Source of the DNA: Corallococcus exiguus
GTDB taxonomy: Bacteria > Myxococcota > Myxococcia > Myxococcales > Myxococcaceae
Length of the DNA stretch: 64,000 nt
Strand: one strand, 5' to 3'
Assembly (NCBI RefSeq): GCF_017302975.1
Contig: NZ_JAFIMT010000003.1
The position numbers and the translations under genes are program-made. Of this stretch, positions 47,015-57,177 are shown one piece after another. The notes beneath the pieces are model-generated. The model ran no database searches. It had not been told where the DNA came from and saw only the letters and a list, made by a program, of their open reading frames with translations. Each line of letters begins with the position of its first letter. Positions within the stretch are counted from its first letter, which is position 1.

Positions 47015-48088
47015 ATGGCGAAGCGCATGGCGAAGCAAGGGGAGGCGCGAGGCGTGGACGCGCGGCTGGAGGGGCTCGCTGACGCCTTCGAGGCGCGGGA
47101 CTTCGAGGCCGCGCTTGCCAGCGCCGACGCCCTGCTCCGGGACGTTCCGGACTCACCAGAAGCCCTGCACTACCGGGCCGCCGCGCTGGTGGAGGTGGGA
47201 CGCCTGGAGGACGCGGGCAAGGCCTATGGCGCCGCCCTCAAGATGGCCCCGGAAGACCTGGAGATTCTTTTCGGCGCGGCGGAATTCCTCGTGTGCCGCA
47301 CCGGCGAGGACCGCGAGGCGGTGGAGGAAGGGCTGGAGTGGTGCGGCCGCGGGCGGAAGCTGGCGCAGCGGGCCGATGACGTGGAGCTCGTCTACGAGTT
47401 CCTCCTCCTGGAGGGCATGGGCCTCAACCAGCTGGGGGAATGCGAGTCCGCGCTGAAAATCCTGGACCAGGCGCTGACGCACATGCCGCGCTCGACGGAC
47501 GCGCAGCTGGAGCGGGGCATCGCGCTGTTCGAGTTGTGCCGCTTCGCGCCCGCGCAGGAGTCCTTCGAGCGGGTGTTGAAGGACGCACCGGACGAAGCCT
47601 GGGCGCACCACTACCTGGGGCTCGTCGCGGAGCGGCGCCAGGATGCGAAGGAGGCGAAGAAGCGCTTCTCCCGGGCGCAGGCGCTGGCCCCGGAGGAGCT
47701 GCCGCCGCCGGTGGCGCTGGAGGAGGCGGCGTTCGACCGCGCGGTGGAGGACGCGATGCGCGCCCTGCCCTCCCAGGTGAAGCAGTACATGGACAACGTG
47801 ACGCTGGCGGTGGAGGACCTGCCCTCGGATGAGGACCTGCTGGGTCAGCAGCCGCCGCTGTCGCCATGCATCCTGGGGGTGTTCCGGGGCACGCCCGTGG
47901 GCGAGCGCAGCGTGATGGACGCGGCGGATCACTTCCCGCCCTCCATCGTGCTGTACCAGAAGAACCTGGAGCGCTTCGCGCGCACCCGTGAAGAGCTCAT
48001 CGAACAGATTGGCATCACGGTGATGCACGAAGTCGGTCACTTGATGGGTCTGGATGAAGACGACCTGTGGGAGCGGGGGCTGGACTAG
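47015..48088 (+). CDS. TPR-repeat protein with C-terminal zincin-like metallopeptidase domain (HExxH)
   Basis: TPR helices in the N-terminal half. C-terminal ITVMHEVGHLMGLDEDDL matches the zincin-like (PF06262-type) motif. Confidence 0.65.
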   Translation: MAKRMAKQGEARGVDARLEGLADAFEARDFEAALASADALLRDVPDSPEALHYRAAALVEVGRLEDAGKAYGAALKMAPEDLEILFGAAEFLVCRTGEDREAVEEGLEWCGRGRKLAQRADDVELVYEFLLLEGMGLNQLGECESALKILDQALTHMPRSTDAQLERGIALFELCRFAPAQESFERVLKDAPDEAWAHHYLGLVAERRQDAKEAKKRFSRAQALAPEELPPPVALEEAAFDRAVEDAMRALPSQVKQYMDNVTLAVEDLPSDEDLLGQQPPLSPCILGVFRGTPVGERSVMDAADHFPPSIVLYQKNLERFARTREELIEQIGITVMHEVGHLMGLDEDDLWERGLD

Positions 48089-48111
48089 CGCCGTTCTCCC
48101 CTGCCCTGATG

Positions 48112-48411
48112 CGCGCCATGCATGCATGGACGAAGCTGGGGCTGATGGCGGTGCTGGGCCTGACGGGCTGTCTGGGCGACGACGACGAAGAGCCCCGCAC
48201 GTGTCCGCAGGTGGTGGTGTTCGCGCGCTCGGACAGCGAGACGTGCCAGTCCTTCCCGACGCCGTGTGACGTGCCGGAGGGGTACGTCGAGTGCTGCGGC
48301 GGGCTCTTCGGGGGCTGCGCGGGGAACGTGTCCGGGAACACCTGCGTGGATGATCCATCCGACACGTGCCAGCCCGGGGGCAGCGCGGACTGCCCGGGCA
48401 TCTGCCAGTAG
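48112..48411 (+). CDS. Small Cys-rich lipoprotein
   Basis: Lipobox LGLTGC, then 12 Cys in about 80 aa. The start among MRAMHAW is uncertain. Confidence 0.45.
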   Translation, partial: RAMHAWTKLGLMAVLGLTGCLGDDDEEPRTCPQVVVFARSDSETCQSFPTPCDVPEGYVECCGGLFGGCAGNVSGNTCVDDPSDTCQPGGSADCPGICQ

Positions 48412-48414
48412 GCG

Positions 48415-50371
48415 TCAGGCGGCGCGCGAGCCCTTGTCCTCGAAGTAGGCGCGGCGGGCACGGGCGCAGGTGGGGCACTGCCACTGCACCAGGGTGAGGT
48501 GGCGATCGCCCAGGATGACGGCCTCGTGGCGGAGCGACTCCCGTGGGGCCTCGCGGGTGGCTCCGCAGGCGCAGCGCAGCCGGCCCAGCGTGGACAGCAG
48601 CTCCTGCGGGCTGGTGATGGGGATGGCGGTTCCCGCGCTGTCGCCCCGGTGATCCGCGTCGAACTTGCGTGCGAAGGCGCGGCGCCGGCCCCAGGCGCGG
48701 CCCTTGCGCCAGAGCGCCACCGGGCCGCCCTGCGCGATGACGAACCACAGCACGAGGCATGTCGCGATGACGCCCAGGAGGATGGCACCCGCCTCGCCGG
48801 ACGGCACGGACGAAGCCTGGTCGCGGGCGGCCCGGCTCCTGAGTTGGATGGCGTAGCCGCGCTGGGCCTCGGTGGCGCGCACGGCCTTCACGTACTCGGC
48901 GATGCGCTCGGGCGGGACCGAGTCCGCGGTGCTGCGGTAGCTGTAGTCGAGCAGCAGCGTCTTGCCTTCGGCGCGGGTGTCGGCCACGAAGCGGAAGGCC
49001 GGACCGTCCACGACCTCGTACTCCGTTTTGACAGGGGGCAGCTCGCCGGCCTTCAGCGTGATGCGGTGGCGGGCGAAGACGGGGTGCTCCACCTCCAGCG
49101 GGAAGGCGCGGTGGGAGTAGTTCGGCACGGCGAGGTACTGGCGCAGGCCATGCGCGCGGAACTCCCGGCGACCGTCCGAGGACCAGAAGTCCTCGATGCG
49201 GTAGTGCTCCTGCGTGACGAGCACGTTCGTCACGGTGTCGTCGTCCACCGTCAGGGGCTTCGCGATGGAGATGTCCGCGTCCGTCTTCGCGTAGTAGTTG
49301 AAGTAGAGGCGGGACACCTCGGACAGGGACGTGCCCGCGAGCGCGCGGCGCATGGAGTTGGCGGCCGCCCCCGTGCGCGTGGTGACGACGTCGAGTGTCG
49401 AGGCCCCGTCGCGGCCCATCGAGACGTAGGTCTCGTCCACGAAGATGGAGGGCTCCGTCAGCGTGGGCGTGGGGATGACGGAGAGCGCCGTGGTGGAGGG
49501 GGCGACGAGGAGGGCCCGGCCGTAGGAGGGCGGCTCGTAGCTGTCCAGCCCGCCGCGCTCCAGCGTCGCCGTGGGATCCACCCACAGCTCGCGGCCGGCC
49601 ACGGTGGCGTGGACGATGACGTGGTTGAACGCGGTGGAGGTGGGACGCAAGCCGTCCAGCAGCTGCGTGAGGTCCGTGCTCACGAGCGCCGGCTGCGCTT
49701 CGATGCCCAGCCCCTTGAGGAGCGACACCAGGAGGAGTGACTTGTCCTTGCAGTCGCCGAAGCGGCGCTGGAGGACCTCGTCGGGCGGATGGGGCTGGTG
49801 GGAGTTGGGGCCCATCTCGATGCCCAGGTAGCGCACCTCGTCCTGGACGAAGCGAAGCGCGGCGAGGAAGCGCGCCTCCGGGGTGGGCTCCTTCGACAGC
49901 CGACGGACCTCCTGCTCCAGCGACTTCGAGCGGGCGGGCACCTGGAACAGCGTGGAGGCCCAGCGCGCGACGTCGTTCCAGTCCTTGTATTCGCTGAACT
50001 GGATCCACGGGTAGACGGGCTGCCAGCCGGGGACGTCGTCCTCGTGGCGGACCGCGGGCACGTGGTGGCGCTCCAGGATGATTTCACGCTCGCCGTTCAG
50101 CATCGACTCCGAGCGCGACAGGCCCGGCGCGGCGAAGTCCCGGATGAAGAGCGTGCGCCCCCGCCCTTCCGGCCACAGCAGCCGGAAGGGCGGGGGCTGG
50201 AGGAATGGGAAGCGGCTTCACCCACGCGGCGGGAGGCCCGACGCGGAACGGCCTGGCGTTCGTCGCCGCCGGTGCTGCCCCGGCGCTCAAGGACAGACAC
50301 AGACACAGCAGCAGGACGGACACCGGAAAGAAGCCCGGTGCCAGGAGGACGGAACGGAAGGTTCGGCGCAT
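48415..50371 (-). pseudogene. Transglutaminase-like (DUF3857 + TGase core) protein, apparently frameshifted near 50200-50220
   Basis: The main frame (48415..50103, extendable to 50217) carries the TGase core RRFGDCKDKSLLLVSLLKGLG but lacks an N-terminus. A +1-frame ORF (50084..50371) supplies a signal peptide and PFRVGPPAAW. Both frames read naturally on opposite sides of about 50210. Confidence 0.5.
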
Positions 50372-50549
50372 GGAGGAAGGGCACTCATCATGAAGCCCGG
50401 ATGACGCGCCGGGCAAGGCGCCCCCTGGGACACCTGGCGAGCGGCCCCGCTTCATTCACCAGTGAAAACCGTCATGCAGGCCAAGCCTGGAATTGCCGTG
50501 ACACGGGCTAGGGTTCCGGCCATCGGTTGGAAGGCCCAGGAGGCTTGGA

Positions 50550-51518
50550 ATGGTCAACGTGAGGCAGGTCGCGACGCGGCTGAAGAGTGCGTTCCTGGCG
50601 GACCCGGAGCGCTTCTATACGAACGAGACGGGAGCCTGGGTGGCGGGGATGCCGGCGCCGCGGGACATCCGGGTGACGACGGGCCGGGAGCCCTTCTGGA
50701 TCAACCTGGGCTACTGGAAGCACGTGGAAAAGGTGGACGACGCCAACGTGGAGCGCGTGGGGGAGCTGTTCCGGTCCGCCCAGGCGGAGATGGCGCGCCT
50801 GTTGGCGAGGACGGCGAAGCTGGGGTCTGGGGATGCCGTCTTGGACTGCGGCTTCGGGTACGCGGACCAGGACCTGCTGTGGGCGGAGGAGTTCAAGCCC
50901 GCGAGCATCGTCGGGGTGAACATCACGCCGAACCAGGTGAAGGTGGGCCGGGAGCGGGTGAAGCTGACGGGGTTGGAGGGCGTGGTCCGGCTGGAGGTGG
51001 GGAGCGCGACGGCGCTGCCTGGGCCGGAGGGAGCGTTCGACGTGGTGTTCGCGCTGGAGTCCGCGATGCACTTCCGGATGCGGCAGGACTTCCTGCGCGA
51101 GGCCTTCCGGGTGCTGAAGCCGGGAGGCCGGCTGGTGATGGCGGACATGGCGCAGAAGACGGACCGTGAGGCTGGAGCCGGACTCCGAGCGCGGCTGCGC
51201 TACCGCTACTGGCGGGGGCTGATTGCGTTTCCGGAGGAGAACGTCTGGTCGACGGAGCGCTACCGGGAGGAGCTGCGGCGGGCGGGGTTCCAGGACGTGA
51301 AGGTGGAGTCCATCGCGGAGGATGTGTACCCGGCGGTGAACACGGCGCTGGTGGCGCTGCGGGGCATGACGCAGCTGGAGCGCAATCCGGGGAGCACGTC
51401 CCTGCACCAGGTGCGCGCGGACGTGCACAAGGCGATGCGGATGACACCGGAGCAGCTCCAGTGGCCCGCGCTGTTCAACTGCGACGAGTACGCCGTGGTG
51501 TCCGCGCGCAAGCCGTGA
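50550..51518 (+). CDS. Class I SAM-dependent methyltransferase
   Basis: Motif I VLDCGFGYADQD, motif post-I, and LKPGGRLVMAD. 322 aa. Confidence 0.8.
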   Translation: MVNVRQVATRLKSAFLADPERFYTNETGAWVAGMPAPRDIRVTTGREPFWINLGYWKHVEKVDDANVERVGELFRSAQAEMARLLARTAKLGSGDAVLDCGFGYADQDLLWAEEFKPASIVGVNITPNQVKVGRERVKLTGLEGVVRLEVGSATALPGPEGAFDVVFALESAMHFRMRQDFLREAFRVLKPGGRLVMADMAQKTDREAGAGLRARLRYRYWRGLIAFPEENVWSTERYREELRRAGFQDVKVESIAEDVYPAVNTALVALRGMTQLERNPGSTSLHQVRADVHKAMRMTPEQLQWPALFNCDEYAVVSARKP

Positions 51519-51560
51519 CGGTGGTTGACGGACCGGGGCGGAGCGGCGGTAATCGGAAGC

Positions 51561-51659
51561 GGTAGGGCCTCCGGACCTGGTGGCCGGCCCGGTCTTCAAA
51601 ACCGGTGAGGGACTGCGAGAGCAGTCCCTGGCGAGTTCGATTCCCGTGCCCTACCGCCA
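51561..51659 (+). tRNA. selC: tRNA-Sec (anticodon TCA), 99 nt
   Basis: 8-bp acceptor stem GGTAGGGC/GCCCTACC, G discriminator plus CCA. Anticodon arm CCGGT-CTTCAAA-ACCGG. 8-bp long extra arm GGGACTGC-GAGA-GCAGTCCC. T-loop GTTCGATTC. Overall layout resembles E. coli selC as recalled. Confidence 0.7.
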
Positions 51660-51770
51660 ATACTTCCGAGGGGTTACGCCCCCATACTGCCACCTTGGCA
51701 GTACTGGACTCGTCCACACGCGTCCGCATGAGTCTACCCGACGTCGTTAGCGTGTCGTTAGCGCAGGACG

Positions 51771-52685
51771 CTATGGAAACGTCACGTTGCCGAGGGTGAC
51801 TGTGCGCGGTCCGGTCTCCTCCCACAGTTTGAGGGTGAAGGTCGCTCGGGATGACGCAACAGTGGATTCAGCCTCCACAATGACGCGGGCTGGAACACCG
51901 GGCGTGATGGGTTCCCCCTGCCACACTCGCAGAATCGTCAACTCCTCACCGGTCTTGCTCTTGAGCGTCGCGCCCTTTGCCGTCCAAGGCGATGCACCGG
52001 CCTTCACGGAAAGCCCGACCTCCACCGCCACCCGCGAAGTGGATCGGTAGGACTGGAGCATGGTCGCGTCAACTCCATTGCCAGACACCTGGGAGATGGA
52101 ATTGGTCATGATGCGTACTGACACACCTTCAGCATTCATGGCCCCTGTAGAGATGAGCCCGGTCAGCCCCCCCGGCGCAGCACGTTCAGCAATCAATCGG
52201 GCATTCTCTTCCTGATAGCGCAACGCAACCGCGCGAGCTTCCCGCGCTTCCTGTTGATACGTCTCTATCGTCCTCTTCTCTCGATACACTTCGACAAGGG
52301 GCTCCGCTTTCGCAGGATGCACCTTCAGCAAGAACGACGCGTTCGCAGGCGCTGCACCGTCTCGGAAGCGCACCGTCAGAAGAAACCGCTCGCCAGGAGT
52401 GACCTGCGATGAAGGCATCACTCGAATGACCGTTTGCCCGGCATCCAAAATGGAGAAGGACTCACTGCCCTCTAGCGCCACTGCATCGCGCACAAGCTCA
52501 GCATCGAAGAACAGACCGGTTGAGAGGCCAGGGCTCACAATAATTTCCGGCGTCACCTGACCACCTTCCGGCATCAATTCAATGCGGCGGATCGCCTGCG
52601 CCGAAACCGCAGGTTCAGCCTGTGCGAGGGTCGCGCCGCTCGGCAGAAAAAGCCCCAGGAGGAGTACCCATGAACAAGAAGACAC
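51771..52685 (-). CDS. Secreted hypothetical protein (possibly the Myxococcus-specific paralogous family often paired with kinases)
   Basis: Signal peptide (WVLLLGLFLPSGATLAQA). 304 aa. Lower GC. Lies 26 bp downstream of the kinase gene. Confidence 0.55.
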   Translation of the reverse strand: MSSCSWVLLLGLFLPSGATLAQAEPAVSAQAIRRIELMPEGGQVTPEIIVSPGLSTGLFFDAELVRDAVALEGSESFSILDAGQTVIRVMPSSQVTPGERFLLTVRFRDGAAPANASFLLKVHPAKAEPLVEVYREKRTIETYQQEAREARAVALRYQEENARLIAERAAPGGLTGLISTGAMNAEGVSVRIMTNSISQVSGNGVDATMLQSYRSTSRVAVEVGLSVKAGASPWTAKGATLKSKTGEELTILRVWQGEPITPGVPARVIVEAESTVASSRATFTLKLWEETGPRTVTLGNVTFP

Positions 52686-52711
52686 GCTGCGGTTACTCCT
52701 GAGTGAACGTG

Positions 52712-54553
52712 CTACTCGAACTCGCTGACGGCTCGGACAGCGGCAGCGGAGAAAATACGAGCACGAGTAGGAGAGTCATCACCGGCTTCTCGCTCCATCC
52801 CCTTAACTCCCTCTACACTGAGCAGTTCAAAACACACTGGGAAGCCATCTCCCTGCGGAGGAGTGGCCCAAGTGAAGCGGCCATAAACACGATCACTCAC
52901 GACAGCACGACCCGACAGCACCGTACCCGCCGGCATACCTGCTTCGTCATAGAGATGAACTTCAATAGGTCCATCTCCCACAGAAACAATTTTGGGTCGG
53001 CCTAGGACAATAAGCGCATGGAGCCTGCGTCCGACCTTAACTTCCCGTTTCGCCATGGCCTTCACGGCCCCCTCCGGGCACTGCTCGGGAGGAGGTGCCG
53101 GGCGCACCTGCGGCCCCGGGCACGCGAGCGCCGTACATGCTGCCGCCGTGCCGACAGCACGGGCCATGACGCTCATGCCCTTCTTCGCGGGCTTTGAGGG
53201 GAGCTGAAGGGGCTGCGTCTCTTTCGGCTGCATCGTCACGGTGGCTGAAACCTCCTGGAGCGTCGCGGGGAGAGCGACGGCCGCAGCGGTGGCCTCCGGC
53301 CCGGTGGGAGCTGCGGCGCGGTCAGCTTGAGGTGACTTGCCAGAGGGCGCTACTTCCTGACGGATGAGGACCAGACCAACGACGCGTGACGTCCCAAATC
53401 CCCACACTGCCCCCGCCAGAACGAGCACCACTGCAAGCGCTGCCCAAGCGCGCAAGGCTCCACGCCGCGCAGGCGTCACACGCTCGGTCGTCGCGGGAAG
53501 CGGTGTCGCGTCCGCAGCAGCCGCGCCCACCGCTGGCACCTGCTTTCGGGGAATGCGTTTGCCTCGACGAGGGCGGTGGCGTGGCTGGTGCCGCCACTGC
53601 TCGAAGCTGTCGATGTCCTCTCCTTCCGTCGTCGCGGAGTCCTCGTCGTAGGCGTCGCAGAGCGGCACGTCCCACGTCGCGTCCGCGCCGCGTAGCGTCT
53701 GCTCCAGCGACTCGCAGAGAGTCTGGGCGCTGGGCGTGCGCGCCTCGGGGGTCTTCTCCAGCAGCCGCAGGCACACGTCGCTCAGCGCCCGAGGCACCCG
53801 CTCGTTCTCCTCGTGCGGCAGCGTGGGTGCGCTGGAGAGAATCGCCTCCGTCAAGCTGGCGCCGTCCTCGCCATCGAAGGGGAATCGCCCCGTCAGCAGC
53901 CGATAGGAGACGAGGCCCAGCGCCCACAAGTCGTCCGCCGGGCCGGCTGTGTAACGGGCGTCCGGTGCCTCCCGGTGTGCACGCAGGAAGCGCCATGCCT
54001 CCGGGGCGCGGTAGTCCACCGTCCCAGGAGGGAGGATGTCCGCCGTCAACTCACGCGCGCCCGTGTAGTCGCCGATGCCGAAGTCCACCAGCTTGGCCAG
54101 GCCGTCCGAGGCGCGCACCATGACGTTGGCCTCCTTCACGTCCCGGTGCACCACCCCATCCCCATGGGCAGCGGCGAGCGCCCGCGCCACGCCCAGCAGC
54201 GCGCGGGCCGCCTGCCTCGCCGTGGGGTTCTCCGCGTCGGCCCAGGCGTCCAGCTGACGCCCTTCCACGTGCTCCATGACGATGACGACGAATTGCGGCT
54301 GGGCCACCGGCCAGTAGCCATGGCCCAGAATCCGCACCACGTTGGGGTGGTGCAGGCGAGTAAGGATGGAGACTTCGCGCTCCGCCCGCTCCCCTACGCG
54401 CGGCACATGCAGCAGCTTCAGGGCGAAGCGCTGGCCTTCGCAGTGCGCGAGGTACACCGTGCCGAAGCCGCCCTGCCCCAGCTGGCGCTCCACCGTGTAG
54501 CCCAGCACCTGGGCCCCAGGAGACAGCACGGCCGGAGGTGGCCCGCACATCAT
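52712..54553 (-). CDS. Transmembrane Ser/Thr protein kinase with extracytoplasmic C-terminal domain
   Basis: Kinase subdomains GQGGFGTVY, ALK, HRDVKEANV, DFG and APE. TM helix (ALAVVLVLAGAVWGF). About 200-aa C-terminal domain. Confidence 0.8.
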   Translation of the reverse strand: MMCGPPPAVLSPGAQVLGYTVERQLGQGGFGTVYLAHCEGQRFALKLLHVPRVGERAEREVSILTRLHHPNVVRILGHGYWPVAQPQFVVIVMEHVEGRQLDAWADAENPTARQAARALLGVARALAAAHGDGVVHRDVKEANVMVRASDGLAKLVDFGIGDYTGARELTADILPPGTVDYRAPEAWRFLRAHREAPDARYTAGPADDLWALGLVSYRLLTGRFPFDGEDGASLTEAILSSAPTLPHEENERVPRALSDVCLRLLEKTPEARTPSAQTLCESLEQTLRGADATWDVPLCDAYDEDSATTEGEDIDSFEQWRHQPRHRPRRGKRIPRKQVPAVGAAAADATPLPATTERVTPARRGALRAWAALAVVLVLAGAVWGFGTSRVVGLVLIRQEVAPSGKSPQADRAAAPTGPEATAAAVALPATLQEVSATVTMQPKETQPLQLPSKPAKKGMSVMARAVGTAAACTALACPGPQVRPAPPPEQCPEGAVKAMAKREVKVGRRLHALIVLGRPKIVSVGDGPIEVHLYDEAGMPAGTVLSGRAVVSDRVYGRFTWATPPQGDGFPVCFELLSVEGVKGMEREAGDDSPTRARIFSAAAVRAVSEFE

Positions 54554-54928
54554 GGCGTCCGTCCTTCGGGATCCCAGGCCTCTCGCATGCGGCGTCCTCC
54601 CAGCGGGGCGCGGACCCTACCAGAAGCGTGAGAAGCCCAGGAATCCCTCCCTCTGGCTGTACCCTCCAGAAAGGACTCATGGAGTCTATCCAACTCCACC
54701 TGACCTCCAGCATTCACCCTTGGCCGACCTTTGTGCTGCGCGCTGGGCGTCACCCAGACGAGCTGATGGGCCCTGCGCCCGCTTCCAGCGACTCCCCTGC
54801 GCGGCACCAACTCCTCCTGCGTGTGTGCACCCTGGAAGAGCCCCGGGTGCGGGCGCTGCTCCTTCTCCTGCCCGAGTCCCGGTAAGCGGCCCGGCCGTGC
54901 ACGCCCTCGGCTACGCTGCGCGCCCGCC

Positions 54929-55288
54929 ATGAACGAAGAACTCGGCATCACCATCGGCACGGAGGCCCGAGCGGCCCGCCAGCACCTGGGCCTGACGCAG
55001 GCCGAAGTCGCGGAGCGCATTGGGCTGGTGCACCCCGTCTACAACCGCCTGGAGCGAGGGAAGATGCTTCCCAGCGTCCCCTCCCTCTACCGTCTCTGCC
55101 GGGAGCTGCGCGTCTCTCCCGAGAAGCTGATGGGACTCACCGCGACGGGCGACGTGCGTAAGGGCACGAAACCCAAGCCCAAGGAAGAGGACGCCCCGGA
55201 GCTGCGGCGCCTCCTCCACCTCGCACGCAAGCTGGATGAGGAAGGCCTCGCGGCCCTCCTCCACGTCGCCTCGGCCCTGGCGCGCTGA
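54929..55288 (+). CDS. XRE-family HTH regulator
   Basis: HTH_XRE (ARQHLGLTQAEVAERIGLVHPVYNRLERGK). ATG at 54929. 119 aa. Confidence 0.65.
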   Translation: MNEELGITIGTEARAARQHLGLTQAEVAERIGLVHPVYNRLERGKMLPSVPSLYRLCRELRVSPEKLMGLTATGDVRKGTKPKPKEEDAPELRRLLHLARKLDEEGLAALLHVASALAR

Positions 55289-55292
55289 AGCC

Positions 55293-56462
55293 TTACTCCC
55301 GCTTCAAGCCCTCCAGTTCGTGGGACTCCAGCCCCTCGGGAAAGAAGCCCTCCTCGCCGAACTCCACCTCGTCACGAAGGGCGCTGCCTTCCGCTAGCAC
55401 CTGGGCCCACTCCGCTGCGGCTTCCTGCCGGCCGTAGCCCGGGTGGCGCCTCGCCAGGGCGACGCGCATCGCATCGCGCATGTCCGCTGCCGTAGCGAAT
55501 CGCTTCTCGGGCTTGGCGCGCAGCGCGACATGCAGCATGGCCTTCACGTCCGGGGAGAGTGAGGCCACGACCTCCTCGACATCCTCCGGGCCGAAGCTGG
55601 CCAGCAGCACCTGCATTTGCGTCAGCGGCAGGGAGGGGATGATTTCCGGCTGGAGGTTGAGCATCCCCTTGAGCGGGCCCGGCACGTCCTCCACGTCGAA
55701 GAGGTGCTTGCCGGTGAAGAGTTCCACCAGCAACACGCCCAAGCCAAAGACGTCGGAGCGCGGAGAAAGCGGCTGCCGCGTCAGGTACTCCGGAGAGGCG
55801 TAGGCCACGTCTCCACGCACGAGGCTGGCGGGTGACTCCTCGCGCCCGACCACCAGCGAGTAGGCCGCGCCGAAGTTCGTCAGCTTCACTTCGCCTTGAG
55901 TCCCCACGTAGACGTGCCGGGGGTTGACGTCGCGGTGGATGACGCCCAGCGACTTGCCGTCCACGTCCGTCAGAGTGTGCGCGTGGTGCAGGGCCTCCGC
56001 GACTTCCGCGCCGACATAGAGGGCGAAGGCCTCGGAGACGGGCCGGCCACGCGCCACCCCCGCACTCACCAGCGTCTCCAGCGAAGGGCCGTCCACGTAC
56101 TCCATGACGGCGTGCAGGGCGCCTTTGTGCACCTTGCGGTGGAAAACCGTGGCGATGGCCGGGTGGCGCAGACGGAAGGCCAGCTGAATCTCCTCTCCCA
56201 GCCGCGTGCGCTGCATGAAGGTGGAGGGGTTCGCCAGCCGCCGCACGAAGCAGTAACCGGGCAGCTTGTTGCCGCGCTCCGTGAAGCGCTGGGCCAGCAT
56301 CAGCACCTCGCCCGTCTCCATCCGCACCAACTCGCGGACGGCCTCGTAACGGATGCCGTCAATGGTGAAGAGGTGCAGGGGGCGCTCAGGCGTCGGCGGA
56401 AGCTGCCTGCGGCGCGCGGAGGTTTCGGTGCGCGCCAGGTCGTCAGTTGTCGTGTCGGGCAT
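55293..56462 (-). CDS. Ser/Thr-kinase-like protein, predicted pseudokinase (NFG instead of DFG, no beta3 Lys)
   Basis: HRDVNPRHVYV catalytic-loop-like region, KLTNFGAAY, and ASPEY. No GxGxxG/VAIK equivalents found. Confidence 0.65.
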   Translation of the reverse strand: MPDTTTDDLARTETSARRRQLPPTPERPLHLFTIDGIRYEAVRELVRMETGEVLMLAQRFTERGNKLPGYCFVRRLANPSTFMQRTRLGEEIQLAFRLRHPAIATVFHRKVHKGALHAVMEYVDGPSLETLVSAGVARGRPVSEAFALYVGAEVAEALHHAHTLTDVDGKSLGVIHRDVNPRHVYVGTQGEVKLTNFGAAYSLVVGREESPASLVRGDVAYASPEYLTRQPLSPRSDVFGLGVLLVELFTGKHLFDVEDVPGPLKGMLNLQPEIIPSLPLTQMQVLLASFGPEDVEEVVASLSPDVKAMLHVALRAKPEKRFATAADMRDAMRVALARRHPGYGRQEAAAEWAQVLAEGSALRDEVEFGEEGFFPEGLESHELEGLKRE

Positions 56463-56560
56463 GGCTCCTCGGAAGGCGGGAGAATGGCGCGGCGGCGCCT
56501 CCCGAGGAGTTTGAGTCTAGTTGACTTTTAAAGTCCATATTCATGAACTCCAAAAGTTAA

Positions 56561-56857
56561 TCACATCATCTGGGCGAGGGCGAAGCCTGCCCCGGCGCCG
56601 AGTACCACGGCCAGCACCACAACCAGGACAGGGACGGAGCGCGGCTGCTGACGGAGCACCTCGTTCTCCGCCTGGAGGCGCCGCAGCTCGCGGGCAGTGA
56701 GGATGCAGCGCTCCGTGGACAGCCAGCATCCCTCGGACACGGCCACCGTGCGCCCATCCTGAAGCCTCACGGTGGCACGGGCCACGTCCAACACTTCGCC
56801 TTCCGCACGCGCACGCCCTGCCACCAGCAGGGCTAACGCCAGCACCAGGCCCCTCAC
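56561..56857 (-). CDS. Small membrane/secreted protein
   Basis: Signal peptide (LVLALALLVAGRARA) and a C-terminal TM helix (VLVVVLAVVLGAGAGFALA). 98 aa. Confidence 0.4.
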   Translation of the reverse strand: MRGLVLALALLVAGRARAEGEVLDVARATVRLQDGRTVAVSEGCWLSTERCILTARELRRLQAENEVLRQQPRSVPVLVVVLAVVLGAGAGFALAQMM

Positions 56858-56886
56858 CGCGCAGCAGCGCCCCCAACGCTTCGCCA

Positions 56887-57177
56887 GTGAGCCCTTGGGC
56901 CGCCACCCTGTCGGTCTGCCTTATCGCTTACCTGGGGGTGGACTCTGCTTGGAATCTGATCGCGGGGTGGCGGCAGCTTGCCAAGGACGTGGCGGTCGCC
57001 ACGACCTTCGACGAGGTACGCACGGCTGGCGAAAAGTACGGCAAGGTCATGGGCGAGAACGCGGCGCGCGTCTTCGTCATGCTCGCGACCGCCGCCATTG
57101 GGAGCACCGCAGGGCTGGCGATCAAGGCACCGGGGCTTCCGGGCTCGGTACAGGCGGTGAGGAAGGGGCTTTGGTGA
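56887..57177 (+). CDS. Hypothetical small protein
   Basis: 96 aa. Its stop overlaps the next gene's ATG (TGATGA). Confidence 0.4.
   Translation: MSPWAATLSVCLIAYLGVDSAWNLIAGWRQLAKDVAVATTFDEVRTAGEKYGKVMGENAARVFVMLATAAIGSTAGLAIKAPGLPGSVQAVRKGLW

Noticed and set aside
47153-50008. 951-aa minus-strand ORF
   Set aside because: Antisense to the TPR/zincin gene and partly alternative-frame to the transglutaminase gene. Pro/Arg/Gly-rich nonsense composition.
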